A DNA stretch of 64,000 nt, taken from contig JAYWIR010000006.1 in NCBI GenBank assembly GCA_036172245.1, positions 744,001 through 808,000 of the forward strand. The letters are read 5' to 3'. Of this stretch, positions 1-13,386 are shown one piece after another; the stretch's first letter is position 1, and each line of letters starts with the position of its first letter. This DNA is from Raillietiella orientalis. Taxonomy: Eukaryota. The position numbers and the translations under genes were made by a program. The notes beneath the pieces are model-generated. The model had not been told where the DNA came from. It worked only from the letters and a program-made list of their open reading frames with translations, and did not search any database.

Positions 1-400
1 CTGAAGGGGTCCAGGGGAAGATGATGAGCCTCTCCGACCGGATCCGGACCTGCCAGGCGCTTGACCCTGCGGAGTTTCATCTCAGGAAAGAGGGCCAGCC
101 TCCGGGTCCGCGTGATCGCCTTCCTGCTTGTGGCCTTGGGGAGGTGGAACTTCGCCGGAGGCGCTCGCCAGGAGCAGAAGGCTCTCGTCTCCTCCTTGCT
201 CACCCGAAATTGTTTGCGAATTGGATGCGAATTGTCTGCCGGGACACTTCTGCCCCCCCTCCTGTGCTCCGGTGCTGCCCCGCTGCGCCAGGGGAGAGAG
301 ACGCAGCGACTCACCAGGGCTGCCAAGAAGATCTCGTTTCGTCCGTACTCCCGGGACGCCGGAACCATCAGAGAAGGAGTAAAGGGGTACCGGGAGCTGT
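1..400 (+). mobile_element. Relic of an RLE non-LTR retrotransposon C-terminus
   Basis: VRVIAFLLVALGRWN resembles the AFxVGALGxW motif of the RLE tail. Confidence 0.3.
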
Positions 401-1299
401 AAATCCCGAAGGGTTTCCTCGAAGATGGTTGCTCTTTCTCCTCCCTCTCTTCCTCCCCTAGTGACGGCAAACCGACTCGCTGAACCAGTGGAATCGGTGG
501 AGGGAGCGGCGGGACGCCGCATCCGAAGGTCAGGGACGCTTCCAGTTCAGCTTTCGGGTTTCGCCAGGTCGCTTCCCTGCCTCCTGGAGGGCGACCTCTT
601 GCCATCCTCTGAGACGTGAGCAGCAGGGAAAGCAGGCGGGTGAGTCGGTCGGTCGCCGGATTCCCCCTCCTTGTCCTTCCTGTGATGGCGGCGGCGGCTC
701 TTCGGGACCCGCCGCATCCGAGTGACATCCGTCTCGTGCACGTGAGAGCCCTCCGTGAGGCTGCGACGGCGGCTTTCGACAGCACTTCAGACGCTGTTGC
801 TTCGTGCGCGGCAGCTCTCGGCAAGCCTCGCGCGACGAGATAAAAGCTCCAAGACCTCTTCGGCTCCAGGAACGCCGCCTCCGCCGCCGCGCTCCTTGTC
901 TTCGCTTGCGCGCACCCGAGGGTGCACTGGAGAGGTGGCCGTCCGCGGGAAAAGGCAGAGCCGCGAGAGGATCAGGGCGCGAGCGCCCACGGAGGGTGAC
1001 CATGCCGCCGCCGCCCTCCCGGAACCGGTAAGGGATCGGCAGGTCGGCGCGAGAGGCCCACTCGCAGAATGTGCAGGAGGCGGCGCCACCACCACCATCA
1101 ACATCAGCAGCAGTGTCAACGCCTCCTCTATCCCAAGCACTGCCTATCGGCTCGTCGGATGGTTCCAAAGTCCGATCGTAGGAATATGACTCCGGAGAAA
1201 AGGGCACATCCACTCAGATCGGGTCTATCCCAGTGGAATCAGTCGACGGCACACAGCCTCCCTCTCCTTATCTCTTGCGTCACTCGGCATCTCTGGGAA

Positions 1300-3100
1300 A
1301 CTAACGGCTGAAACCCCGTGTCCCCCGCAGCCAATCTCGTGGGGTAGCGGCTGCGAGGCGCCCCTGAGGCACCAGAAATGATCCGAGTTCGGGAGATTCA
1401 GAGCTGCCGATGCGCGAACGAGGCTAGCGTGGCGCTCACCAGGTGGCAATCTCGTTGGTGGGTGGCTCCGTGCCGCCGTTTCCCAACGAAGGAGCTCCCC
1501 TCTCGGCTGGATGATTTGGGTTGAGTCGCGGGAGAAGTTGAGGGGGGAGCACGTGGTCCAGCAGGGGCTCCCCGTCCTCGGAGCACTCCTTCCCTGTTCA
1601 TGCGCATACGCGTGGATGGGGGACAGCAGGAGCGGCAGCAACCAGAAACCTCTCTCCCTCCTTGTGTGCGACCGTCGTCGCTGCTGTTTCCCTCTTGAGA
1701 AGCGTCCGCTTCGCTACAGACCACCGCCTGCAGGGATGGGAGAGTTCCGCTCCGCGCTCTTAGGTCGGTCATCCCTGTGGAGTGGTAGACCTGCAAAGGT
1801 CGCGGAGGTTAGCGGGAGATGCACCGAACAGTTCCATCCTTGGGCCTTCAGCTCTCCTGGAGCGAAAGAGTCCGCAGGGGAGAGATTAGGCTGCGCAGTG
1901 CACATCCGAGGTTTCCCTTGGTAACGGGACGGAGGAGCTGAGATCTTCTGGAGTCTTTGGGGCGAGCATACCTTGGTGGGACTGAGGTGCACCGCCGCCT
2001 TCCCTTCGCTTCTTTGGCGGGAAGGAGGACCAGTCGCAGCGGAGGAACCTCAGGAACCGGAGATCTGAGGTTCCCTGACTTCCAGGAGGATGAATCCGTC
2101 CTTGAACTCTCACCGTTCACCTCCTCTGTCCTTGACAGCAGCTCACCAGCCCTCACTTCTCTGTTGGTTCTCGTATTTTCAAGGATGCTTTGGAGGCTGT
2201 AGCGAGAGGAGCCTGGATACTCGCAAGGATCGTGTGAGGTTGGAGTTGATGATCTGGGAGAAGCTGCAGGAGGAGGAAGAAGAGGAGGAGGAAATTTCTG
2301 CTGGCAGCCCAGAAGGCCTCCTCGGAGGAGGAGGGGGAGGGGGAGTGACCCTGACTGCCGAGAAGCACAAGACTAGCAGGGTGTGTGTCGAGCTTCTTGT
2401 AGCCTCTGCGAGGAGTTCTGGCAACACCTCTCCAGGGATCCTGCCCTTTCATATCCAGGAGGAAGCTGTCCTTCGTGCTCTTCGCAACCGGAGAAGGAAC
2501 ATCTCCAACGGCATCTCCGGAATTCCTTGGTCCCGCAGGTTCGATTGCGCTCTCGGGAGAGGATTTGTCCGAGGCTGATTTGGACGAGGACGCGAAGGAG
2601 GCTGAAATTTATTCCTGACCATGTGGTGGTGTTGGCCCGATGCGCCTTGCAGGCGTTTCATCATGCCACCAGCTTCCTCGGCTCAGGAGGCGGCTTCCGT
2701 GTGAGACGCTGAGCTTCGAATTTTTATCGCAGGAACGCTTTATCTGCGAATTCCTGTTATCTGATCAATTAGGACGGGATGCCAAGGCATGCAGAAGAAT
2801 TGTGCAAGGACCATCTCTTCCAGGGTGTCCGAAATTCTGTTCCCTCCTACTCTCATCCTAGAGGAAGAATAGATCCATCCTCTGGACTACCCTCGGAAGC
2901 TTCCCGGTTCCCATTCCAGAAGCGGAAGGGGGAAATGGCGCTGATTGGTAGAGGGAAATTTTTTTCCAAATGACTTTCTTGCGCTTCCTTCCCCCCCTCT
3001 CCTCCCCTCTTCTGCCGCCGGATCCCATTTCTCCTCGAAATCTTCCTTCCCGTGGCACGCGAGGAGGTGGTTCCGGAGTTTCAAGAAGCACCGGCAGCCC
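1300..3100 (-). mobile_element. Highly decayed non-LTR (RLE-type) retrotransposon relic
   Basis: Fragments such as RAQSNLRDQGI...RRARRTASSWI and ESSRT...KSGNL lie in the order expected for the pre-RT and RT regions; many frameshifts. Confidence 0.3.
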
Positions 3101-3549
3101 CATCCAAGTTTGGGCGCGCCTCCCTGAGTTTTTTCCGGCGAGCCTCCAAAGACCCGGGGAATTCAAGGAAGGAGATGAAGTCTGCCGTTCACCGTAAGGC
3201 GTACACCTTACGGTGAACCTACGTACCTCAGCATCCAGCGTCCACTGAGGATCGAAATTTCACGGTGGGGTGCTCTTAGCGTCCAGAGCAGCGGAGTATC
3301 AAGGGACACTAGAGATCGTCACATCAGTCTGACCTATCCTGCTTTTTCCGGACTCTGGAGTCTTCTTCATTTCCGTCCGTTTGCAGCCAGCTGACAGCCT
3401 TCAGCGACCGGGAGAGGAAAGAGCAAGGGGGAGGAAATTCAACCCTCATTGAAGGCCTCTGACTCATCGTGAACACCGGAAAGACTACCTGGAAATAAGA
3501 TGTTTCCGAGAATCGCAACCAGGGACTTCACCCTAAAGGAAGACCCGTG

Positions 3550-6500
3550 CAGCCTCATGTCTCACGTGCTGTTTATGCTAGATATCGGTCCAAACCGTGA
3601 GGCGGCGCGGGATCTTCGGTGAGTCAGCAGAGGTGCCAGTCGAGAGATCAAGCAGCTGCGATCAAAGCAAACATGGGGCAGTGCGGAACCAAGAAACCAT
3701 TGCATACGAGTTGCTGGGAGAGTGCCTCTCAAGAAACGCGGAGGGAAATCTCAACTCTCTTCGCAGCCTCCTCGAAGAGAGTTGAGATTTTTGGACGCTC
3801 AGAATTTCGAGCGCCCCGAAGTGTAGAGCAGCCGTGGCCTCCGGACTGGTCGTGGCACTCGGAGACTTCAGTCGGCGATCCGAGCGAAGTTTGCACACCT
3901 TGAGAGTCGCAAAGCTCGCTGCGGAGTCTTCGCTTCCTTGTTCGAGACCACCAGAAGCGTGGTATGTGGAGTCACCGAGGATGCCCTTCACACGTGCAAC
4001 AATTGGGCATGTCGAAGCAACTTGGGTGAAATGCGCCGACCCACAGTGAGGTCTTCCGAGTGAAGCCCTGAGGCGCCCACTTCTACCTGAGTGAGGTAGC
4101 AGCTGGAATCTCAGTCCCTTGCTGGTTCGTTCCTCTCCTGGGTGTGTAGTCCATTATCATCTGGGTAAAAAAGTCGTCGGCAGCCAGTTGCTGCTCTCCA
4201 AATGAGTCCACTTCGCTGAGCACATCCCAGCATTTGTTGCTGACAAAAGATCCATTACGAATCATAAAATTAATCATCAGAATCATTAAATCAGGATTTA
4301 TCGTTCTGTGAAAAAACACAAATACCTAGTCGTTTTGTTTGAAGAATGAGCAAGGATTTGCTTCTTTTTTTTTTTTTTCTTTTGGAGGGGAAGAGGGAAA
4401 GCTTGAAAAATTTCTCGTGACTCTTGAAGAAGATTTTTGAGAACGGCAGAAGCACGCAAGAAGGTCCACGACGTTTTGCTGGTAGGGATGGTTAGAAGAT
4501 CAGTCCCTTTCTGAAACGAAACCTCGTAAGTTCGGTTTCTTCTGCAGGACGGCAATTAGGTCAGCCGGAAGCAGAAAGCCTTCGGAGGCTCTTGGAGTTT
4601 CCGGAAGCGCACCCGAGCCAAAAAAAAAAAAAAACAAATCGCCGTTCCTCCGAAACCTCGTTATTTTGCTCGATTCTTCGCTCTTGCCAACACGCGCGGA
4701 GTCTTCTTGGTGGAGAGGAACGCGAAGGAACCATCGTGTCCCGATGGCTGCGGTGCCAGCATCTTTCACGAGAGTCGACGATCCGTCCTAAACTTGCGAG
4801 GAAAATCGCAAGAGCCTGCGGATCCAAGACACCGAAAGAGGGGCGACGTCGGTCGCAGTAACTGTTACTCGGAAAGATCTTCCCTACTTCCATCTTCCGC
4901 GTTTCTTGTCTTTCGCCAACAGGTTTCGCACCGCGGCCCTGGAAGAGCAGCTGCAGTGCTCGCACTGGTGAAGATCATCCTTTAGGTGTACCCACGTGCA
5001 CTCAGCGCCCTCCACACGCGATTACTGGGTCGCCATCTGAATCAGTCCGTGCACCTACTCTCACTTGAAGGACACACGGATCTTTTGACACTTTGTGGAT
5101 CTCGAATCAGAGCAGAGCACTCGAGAAAATTCGCAACCTTCCACCTTCCCTTCCGTGAAAGATTAGGGAGGAAGAGCAACGTTTTCAGAGGAATACATAG
5201 AAAGAACGCACTGCTTTGTTGTTTCGTCTTCCAGCATCCAAAACATTTGAGCTCTGAATGACGTGATGGGGTGTGCGGAGGCATCCACTCCTACATTGCA
5301 GGAGCGGATGATTCCTGGTGCACATGAGTTCAGTGGGTGTCCGCCTCTGCCACTGCCAGAAAGTTGGATGCCCGTTGAGAGGGGTACGAAGGCCTTCGCC
5401 ATTTCCTGCACGTAAGAATAGAAAAATGGTGTGCGGCCTTACATTCTGGAGTTGCTGTGAGCTTTCTCCTTGGAAACCACAATTTGAAAGACGACGACAG
5501 CAACAAAAAGGCATGGTTTCCCCTTGTTCCTTCTGCATCTTAGAAGTGCAGTTCTCCTTTCTGCGTATCAAATTTTGGAGATCGTTTTGAGTCCCTCTCT
5601 TGCAGGGCTTGTCACACGCGGACGCGTCACTTTTGATGCTTTTTTTTGTTGCTGTTGTTTTCCCATCTTGCACACTCTTTCTCTTCCTTGCCGCTTTAGA
5701 AACTCCGGGCTCTCTGCCCAGAAGTGCAATGGTGCTTTATTAAGGACTGCTGACGCCTTGCAGCCTGCAGCGTAGGTGTGTTCAAGTGATTTCGTCGGGC
5801 CGATAGGCACGACGAATGATTGCGCTGTGCCCAACAGATTCACGTGCTGCAGAAAATCCCATCTTTGGGCAAACGCGAGACCTCACACACGCGCGTCCTA
5901 AACGATGCGTGCGTCGGAGTTGCGCGGAGATCGCGCGCAGATCAGATGCGTGAAAGATGCTACGTTTGCTTATCTACAATCCCCCCTCCTCCGTCTAAAT
6001 GCCAATGTAATTGCATTCAGGGATGCGCGCATATCATGCATGGTATGAAGCATTTTAATGTGTAGAAATAATTCCTGAGAAATAATCTGCAGATGATAAA
6101 AATCCTGTTGTGATGCTGGGATAAACTTTGGCATACGGAGTACGACCGACCGTTGACATTTTTGATGATAACGGTTATCATATGAAGATGATTGGAGTAC
6201 ATGGAACTTATCGGAAGCTTCATTAATTATTACGTGCTTATGAATTTTCCATTAAAAATTAGTAACGATCCATCGCAAGGACTGCGCTTCGAAATGCATC
6301 TTGCTCAAGATTTGCGTGTCAATGAACGCGATTTGCAAACTGACCGAAGATGGCGCTCTTGGAAACTCGCTTGGGGTCTTGTTTCTTGCACTTGAACGCG
6401 GTGCATCACCAGACCAAGGTCCGGATCAGGTCGATGCTTAGGAAACACAGAAGTGTTCGGATTCATTTCCCGCCGAGAAGACAGAGGGAAAAAGGATCCA

Positions 6501-6800
6501 CAACCCTTCTTTCAGCACGTCATGCCAAAAGTTAGCGTTCGCTTTTCCATCAGCATGCGTTTCCACCGGTGCTTTCCGATCCTTCGTTCCAAACGTCCAC
6601 ACGAGAGCCGAAGCACCTTGCCGCCGGGGATGCCGCCTCGTAGCCCGGAACGTCGCACATCCATAAAAGTTATCGCCGTGGATCCAAAATACAGAACGCC
6701 AGTGCTCTGTAGCTACGTTAGCACGATGATGGCGACTAGAGGATTGCCTTCCATCCTAGGAAGAAGGAACCAACGTTGCCAACAGCAAGACAGTTCGAGG
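3550..6800 (+). mobile_element. Decayed non-LTR RT relics, probably two tandem fragments
   Basis: NAEGNLNSLRSLLEES and LVVALGDFSRRSERSLH (resembling xAxLDxxKAFDSVxH) at 3.7-3.9 kb; LSALHTRLLGRHL, MPVERGTK and SGLSAQKC at 5.0-5.7 kb. Confidence 0.4.
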
Positions 6801-7949
6801 TGTTGACTACCATCGAGCTGCCAGCAGTGCTCCTGGAGCCAGTGCCACTCCAGTAGTCTAACTCCTTTTTTTTTTGTGTGTGTGTGAGTAGGAAGAAGAT
6901 AAGTACTTCGGCGAAGGAGTCATTATGACGGATAAAGCCGAAGGTCTCGGAAATCAGCGATTGCTCAGAAATGCGCAGCATGATCTTCCCAGAATCGGAT
7001 TTTCATCCACGATCATTCCATGGAAACTCAATCACAATCTCTCCCTCTTTTTTTATCACGGCACCAATCAGTGCTCCGTCTCGGAGGCAACCAACACACC
7101 TAAAAAAATTCGAGACATGGTGATGTACAATCAGAAGTTGTCGGCCTGGGACCGAAAATCGATTTAGCAAGAATACGCTCTTGAAGTAACTGCAAATATA
7201 GATAAAGTCCTATGAATTTAACGGAAGAAAAAAAACCAAAAAAATCAGATCTTTGGTTGCTTATCATGGCACGGAAAGGATTTCCATCTCATAGAAACTC
7301 GAAAGGCGCGAATCCATCTCCAGCCACTCTTGTTTGGAATTCCAGTTGATGTTTCAGGGGGAAACAGAAAGTAATTCCTGCTTCGATAGCTCCTGTATCG
7401 AGATCGTACATCACTGGCAGTCAGGTTTTGTTTTGATCTTTGGATGCAGAAATATCGCTCCTGAGTGCTTCGCAAAGCGAGCCCTCGCCTTTCAGGGCTC
7501 ATCTCAACACCAAGATGTAGTCTTAGCACTCTCAGAATTTCGGGGAAAAATGCGATGAAAGTATAAAAGGGCTTTTCAGACCCGAATTCATCTCCAGCCA
7601 CCCTCGTCCGGGTGGCTGTTTTCCGTAAAGGAAGTAGCAGTAGACCAACTGGGAAACCGAGAGAGAAAATCTCTCCATCCAATATGGCAATGCAGCAATG
7701 GTCACCTCGAAGACCCGAAGTCCCTAGAGAGAAAAAAATCGGGAAAGAAATGCCTAGAGAATTCTCCGAAAAAGCGAACTGAGATAACGACTGTTTTGTT
7801 TAGGAGGATGGGAACGGTTTTCCGGGAAAGAGAACTTGAAACTATGTCCATGCACTAGCGAGGAGATGAAACTTCTTCGTGGTCCGTCCTTCATTCCCGC
7901 AATTCATTTTGCTCAAGAATCTCTGTGACAAATTGAGAGGAACAGCTTC

Positions 7950-8670
7950 TTGAAAACGGTTTTCTCACAAATTTTCTCTAACTTCTTCTGCTGAGCAAAA
8001 GAGAGCCTCTGATTCAGAGACGAATGGCAGTCGTGTCGTTCCTCTGAAAGAGGAACAGCTGAGAAGGGGCAACGCGACGTCACTTGGATGAGACGAACAA
8101 CACGCCGGGAAGGACGAATTTCTTTTTCCATCACTGGAGAAGATCAGGTCGACGCTTTAGGACCTGAAGATTTCTAAGCGAGAAAGTGTTCAAGCAGTCC
8201 ATTCCAGCAGAGATTCGGCGTGAACAAGAGGAAGTCGGGAGAATGGGAGACTGAGGGAAGCTCTGCTGTTACCGGAGTTTAAATTGGAGGAGGGCTGCAT
8301 GTTCCTCCTATCAGAAAGGGTGTTGTTGCCTAGGACAGCAACAGGGAACTGTTTGATTGTCTGTCTTTTTAAGAAAGCATGCTGTCCATCTCTGTCATGT
8401 AAACTTGTGACCAGCAACAGCGCACACAGAAAACTACACAAATTCAGGCCATGTTCCTTGAGTTGGTTCAGGAGAACCATCGAGCATTGGAAACGGTAAG
8501 ACCATTTTTCGATTACTCCGACAAGAGTCCTGAGTAGCCAGCAAAACACGACGCGATTGAAACAGCGTCACTATGACCACTTCCTTCTTGGAAAAAAACG
8601 AGATGGCCCTACCAGGTAGATTCAAGCTTGTAACTTGCCAGGATTCGTGAACAGGATTCAAAGGACGCCA
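7950..8670 (-). mobile_element. Decayed RT domain 4-7 relic of a non-LTR retrotransposon
   Basis: VVIVTLFQSRRVLLA (YADD region) is followed by LLNQLKEHGLNLCSFLCALL (GLxxNxxKC region). Confidence 0.4.
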
Positions 8671-11600
8671 GGGAAAATGAAAAGTTGAGAGTTTTTATTT
8701 TATTTCTCTACTTGCTATTCCTTCTCCTTCTTTCCCGAGGCTGTCTGTCCTCACTGGTGAGTCAGCTGGTTTCTCGCCAGCTCAGCCAGAATTCTTCTGA
8801 CTTTGGTAGGAGCTGCTGTTCTAGTATGCATCCTTTCATTTCGTTTCTTTGTATGTTTCGTGATTGCACGTTACCATAAATCACCTCGGGGTAGCTGAAA
8901 CGGAGTCCAACAGAATTTTCAACAAAGTCGAGTCGGGTTCGAAAGGGATTTCCCTCCAAGGCACTTGGGTTCCTCGCCAAGAAACAAGTAGATGGGGGCG
9001 AGAATTCTCCACCGCACATAGGAGCACACCCACGAAGTGTACACGGATTTCCGAGAGCGTGACCTCCTATGACAGCAAGAGTTGAAAGGAAGCAGACATA
9101 AGAGTGACCCGAAACAAGCAGACAGACGGACATGGATTCACATGCGTGTGTATATTTTACGTATATCGTCTTGACTAGAAGAATAACCCACATGTGCGGA
9201 AAACAAGAACCAAAAAGCAGGAGGACGAATGAGAGTAAAAAAAAAAAAAGTGAGTACCTTCCGGGTGATTGATTTCTTAATGATTTGAGCTCATCTATAT
9301 GGTACTTGAATTTCACTCGCCGTCTGAGTACAAGGTGAGTGTTGTACCGTCCCGCCGTGTGAGTACTCTGCCCCTAGGTTAGAGCTCTCATGAAAAAAAA
9401 AAAAAAACTCACAGATGTTTATACCTGTATGCACAGATATTAAAAATCAATACCCTCTCTACTATGTGTGAGAATTTCCATAGGAAGCACACAGTTCGTG
9501 TTATCGGCCAACGGGCATTTCCCCAACCCCGTCCTCCCCCGACGGTCTCTACGCGCGTCTTCAGATGGGAGCGAGATGTTTCCGAGGGACGACTCTGGGA
9601 GCGAGCGAATCTCTCTTAAATCCTTCTTGGATCTTCCTCCAGCCGTGAACTCGGATGTTGTCGCTTTCTTCCTCTGAGGACGTCACGAGCCCGTGTTTGC
9701 TTTCCTGCCTATCGTGTTTGCTGAATCCGAGTTCGAGTCTGATAAAAAAAAAAAAAAAAAAAAAAAAACTTTTCGCCTGCCCTAGGAAGTTCCGTTTCCA
9801 GCCTCGTGCTGCTCTGCGCCTCATCGCGGAAGAAGGAAGGAACCGCGGCACCAGACGATGTGTCAGCATCTCCGTGCACAACAGCAGCCCCCGATGGGTA
9901 GATTTCATCAGCGTGTGCTTCTGAGGAATGTGGTCAACAGCAAGGTAGAAGTCCGAAAGTTTTGCAGCAGCTACACGCACGCACGCCGCGGGTTTTGGAC
10001 CTTCCTGTGAGCGTCTCTTCCTCCCCGGCCAGAGCTGGCTCTCAGAGTTTCCAACGACATTCCTCCTTCTCCTCCTCTTCTCTCGCTCGCTCCCTGGAGG
10101 AACTCGCTGCCCTCTCGGTCCATCGCTACCCCCCTCCTGACAACTCACAGCAAGAGCGAGAGCAGCATTCGCGCAAGAGAGAGACGTCGGAAACTGGGAG
10201 CTGGGTGCCTCCTGAGCTCTGCGCTTACTGGAGGTCAGGGGGCAGGTCGCTCGTCGGTGTCGTCGCCGCCTGATGAACAGCACCGCCACAACTTCCGTTC
10301 GGGATCGCTTGCTCCTACGCTGGTGTCTTCTTCGCCGGAGGGATCTGGAGAGGGACGAGGGAGTTGGATCCAGGTATCCGAACACTCCAGGACGAGCCGT
10401 TCCGTCCGAGTAGGTTGCGGAGGTTGCACCCATCTTCTGACTCCCTGATGCTCGGCTGCTCCTCCCCTCTCCCCCACTCCGGACCGAAGGGTCACGGAGT
10501 ACAACCCCACCACTCTGAATTACCAGCGCGTCCTCCTTCCGCTACTTCCTTCGTCCTTTGCGTCGATATGCCCTTCGTGAAGCTCCCAGCACCCCCGCCA
10601 TCTCCGGAACAGAGCGGTCTCCTGAAGATTTTTCCTGCTCGAGGAAGAGGCGCCCTGCGAGAGCTTCCTCCAGCTCTTCGCTCTCAGCCGTGTGCTCAGC
10701 TTTTGTATTTTGGGATGCATTCGTCTCCAGTTCTCAGATGAAGTGCTCCTCTGCTCTCACAAAGAATGGATTTGATCCTCTGAACTGCTCACGTTGGATC
10801 TGCAGCTCTGGCCCTCCCATGGGTGGTGGGTGGTCCATGGTTCATCCTCCATTCGAAGTTACATTGGAATCATCAGAACACGTTTGCATATGATCCTTTT
10901 TATAAAAAGCATTTCGATGTACTCCACGTTCCTTTATGGATTGCATTTTTATTTGTTTCTCTACCCTGCAGAGTGCACTGCTGCAGATCCATCCGCACGA
11001 TCGGGACCCGGAACATTTTCCTCACACTGGCAAAGAGACTCGTCGGCCAGCTTCTTCCCCCCACGAAGAGGAGTATGCCGAAAGTGATCTATCTTTTGCT
11101 ATGTAAATAACTCATGTGTTGCAGAAGTTCCGGCTGTTTCAAGAACTGCGGCCACAGTAAGGACCTAAAAGATGTTGTAATGGCCCGTAAACCGAGCGCT
11201 GATGTTGGAGAAATCACTGGTACTCGTTTCCAGCGGTACCTGCCATTAAGGAGCTGTGTTGATCTTCCACCCTCGCGAAGTTAGCTCCCAGCTGTTCAGC
11301 ACCCTCGCATTTAAATTCTGCAACGAGGAGCATCTTGTCCAAGTTTTCCTTCTTGCAGAACCACTTGAGCATCGGTTGGGCATAGACTGGTTACTTGAGC
11401 GCCATCCATTTTCAGGGCTAGTTGCTTGCGAATATTCTAGAGCCTTGAACTCGAGGATTCCAGAACAATCCTCTGTTAACATCGAGAGGAAGTTCAACTG
11501 ATTATTTCTGCTGCAGGGCTTTCTACGAAATGATCATCCACTGAGATCAATAAATCTCGTATCTTCAAAAAAATCATTGTACAGCACCTCTCTAAGAAAC

Positions 11601-13026
11601 ATATTATAAGATCACTTGTCTGCAGTGCTGCAGGAAGCGACAGGTTGGGACGAAATATGGAGGAGGAGCCCGTAAAATCGCTTTCGTTAGATCAGATCAT
11701 TCCAGGCCTACGTAAATAAATCCAAGCTCGCAATGGAAGCTGGACCATACTTTGGTGGAAAGAAACCTGAAAACGTGGACACATGGAGTCAGCCAAGCAG
11801 CTTTTCTGGACGGTCTGGCGGAACGATGATGAAATTTGAACGGGCCAGTTGATAAATCATCAGTCGCCAACCTGCAAACAAAACTAGAATGCTAATAGCA
11901 TGGCACAGCCTTGCACCATGCTTTTACATTATTCTAGTTTTGTTTGCGAGCTGACCTCGTGCAGCCTCATTCCATCTCAGATGCCTATTCCGTGTGCATT
12001 CGGCACTATCGCACACTTCAGAACATCTCAAGAGAATGCTGCATCGAAAAAGAAACACTCGATGGGGTAGGAAGCCTCTATGAATGCCTTAAGCATAAAA
12101 GCATTGCCGGGATGGTCAATTCTTTCCACTGATCTGGATTAGGTTCGCGAAGTGAGAAGAAAGAATGTTACAGAGCAAACATGTGTCGGAAGGAAATATC
12201 TTGACGTGGTATCTCAAACACAAGTATTGAAAAATAAATTAAGCGCACATGCTGATAAAAATATCAGCAATGCGGTGAACAGTATACTGTGTACACAACA
12301 AATTCTCGTGTACAAAAGTGTGTGGAGTGAGGAATCCATTAGTAAGGTGTGAAGCCGACACGGGGGACCTGCGACCCTCAGTAGTAAGCGAAACCTTTTT
12401 CAGATTGGGATTAAACTTGCCAGGTTTTATTTAGAGTTCCAATCTTTTTCTCACATCTATAAGTGCTTTGTTTCATTCTTTACGAAAGTAACTGTTGTAT
12501 GACAAAAGCAGCATTTCATTTTCACCCTTTTATTCATTTTCCTCCGAGCCCATCCCTAACACCAACAACTAGTAGTAGGGGAAAGGTAGAATCTAATAGT
12601 TGAACAGGCCAATTTCAAGGCATTCGCATAATGTTAAAAAAATAAAATAAAAAAGGGCCACAGAGAAATTGCATTCCATAGTTAAGGAATTGACTGGAAC
12701 AGACTTGAATGCAACCCATTAAGGCAAAAAAAAATGCAGTGTTTGAGACAGAGGTGGCTGGTTTTGAAGTAACGGGTATTAAATAGTTATTCGAAAGGAC
12801 TTGTTACTTTTGATCACTGTTGCAGAAGCTGAGAAAACATGCGACGTGCTCTCGAGATGGTAGCATTTGTTTCGTAGTGACACTGTAATGTGAGTATATT
12901 GGTTGAAGCTCAAAAATGTGATTTTTGTTTTTGCAATTTGGGTATTAAAGAATTCTTTCGCCTCAACTCATTCAGTGTTTTATCACATTAATCTTTGCTT
13001 CGTATTTTTAGGTTTTTTATTTCGAT

Positions 13027-13386
13027 TTAGTCATTCCTTAGGAGAAAATCCTGTTACATCGTTGCACCAATATTATTAGGAACACGTTTGTGCTTTTCTT
13101 TTTTGGGGGCTACATGCCGTTGCTCAGATTGTACCTGCTTGTTTATCTCAAGTCTCAAATTGTTTACAAATCCCGGAAAAGATTCCCCAACGATCTGATT
13201 AAAACATAAAGGAATACATGCTCACTGTATCTTCCGAGAAAGAAAATTCTGTTCCGTGCTCTCGACTTTGAATGTCCGCTGAGAATCAGTATGTGCTGTA
13301 ACACATTTGCTTTTCCGTGCCACTGTTAAATACATACCTTTTCTAATCAACGTAACGAGTACAATAATAATAAGGATACACTTGTA
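13027..13386 (-). CDS. Candidate small multi-exon secreted/membrane peptide gene or pseudogene (start codon not found)
   Basis: Segments 13386-13338, 13278-13226, 13194-13135 and 13050-13027 joined by GT-AG introns (59, 31, 84 nt) give YKCILIIIVLVTLIRKADIQSREHGTEFSFSEDTIVGESFPGFVNNLRLEINKQDFLLRND*, with AATAAA just after the stop. A TAA lies where the ATG would be expected. Confidence 0.22.

Noticed and set aside
9561..10433. 290-aa and other long overlapping ORFs in GC-rich regions (0.5-1.2, 33-35, 47-50 kb)
   Set aside because: Arg/Ser/Pro-rich low-complexity frames open on both strands, as expected from high GC; one crosses a homopolymer.
10750..11250. Possible R4/Dong-like zinc-knuckle relic (HCCRS...KVIYLLLCK)
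   Set aside because: Too degenerate to support as a separate feature without a profile search.
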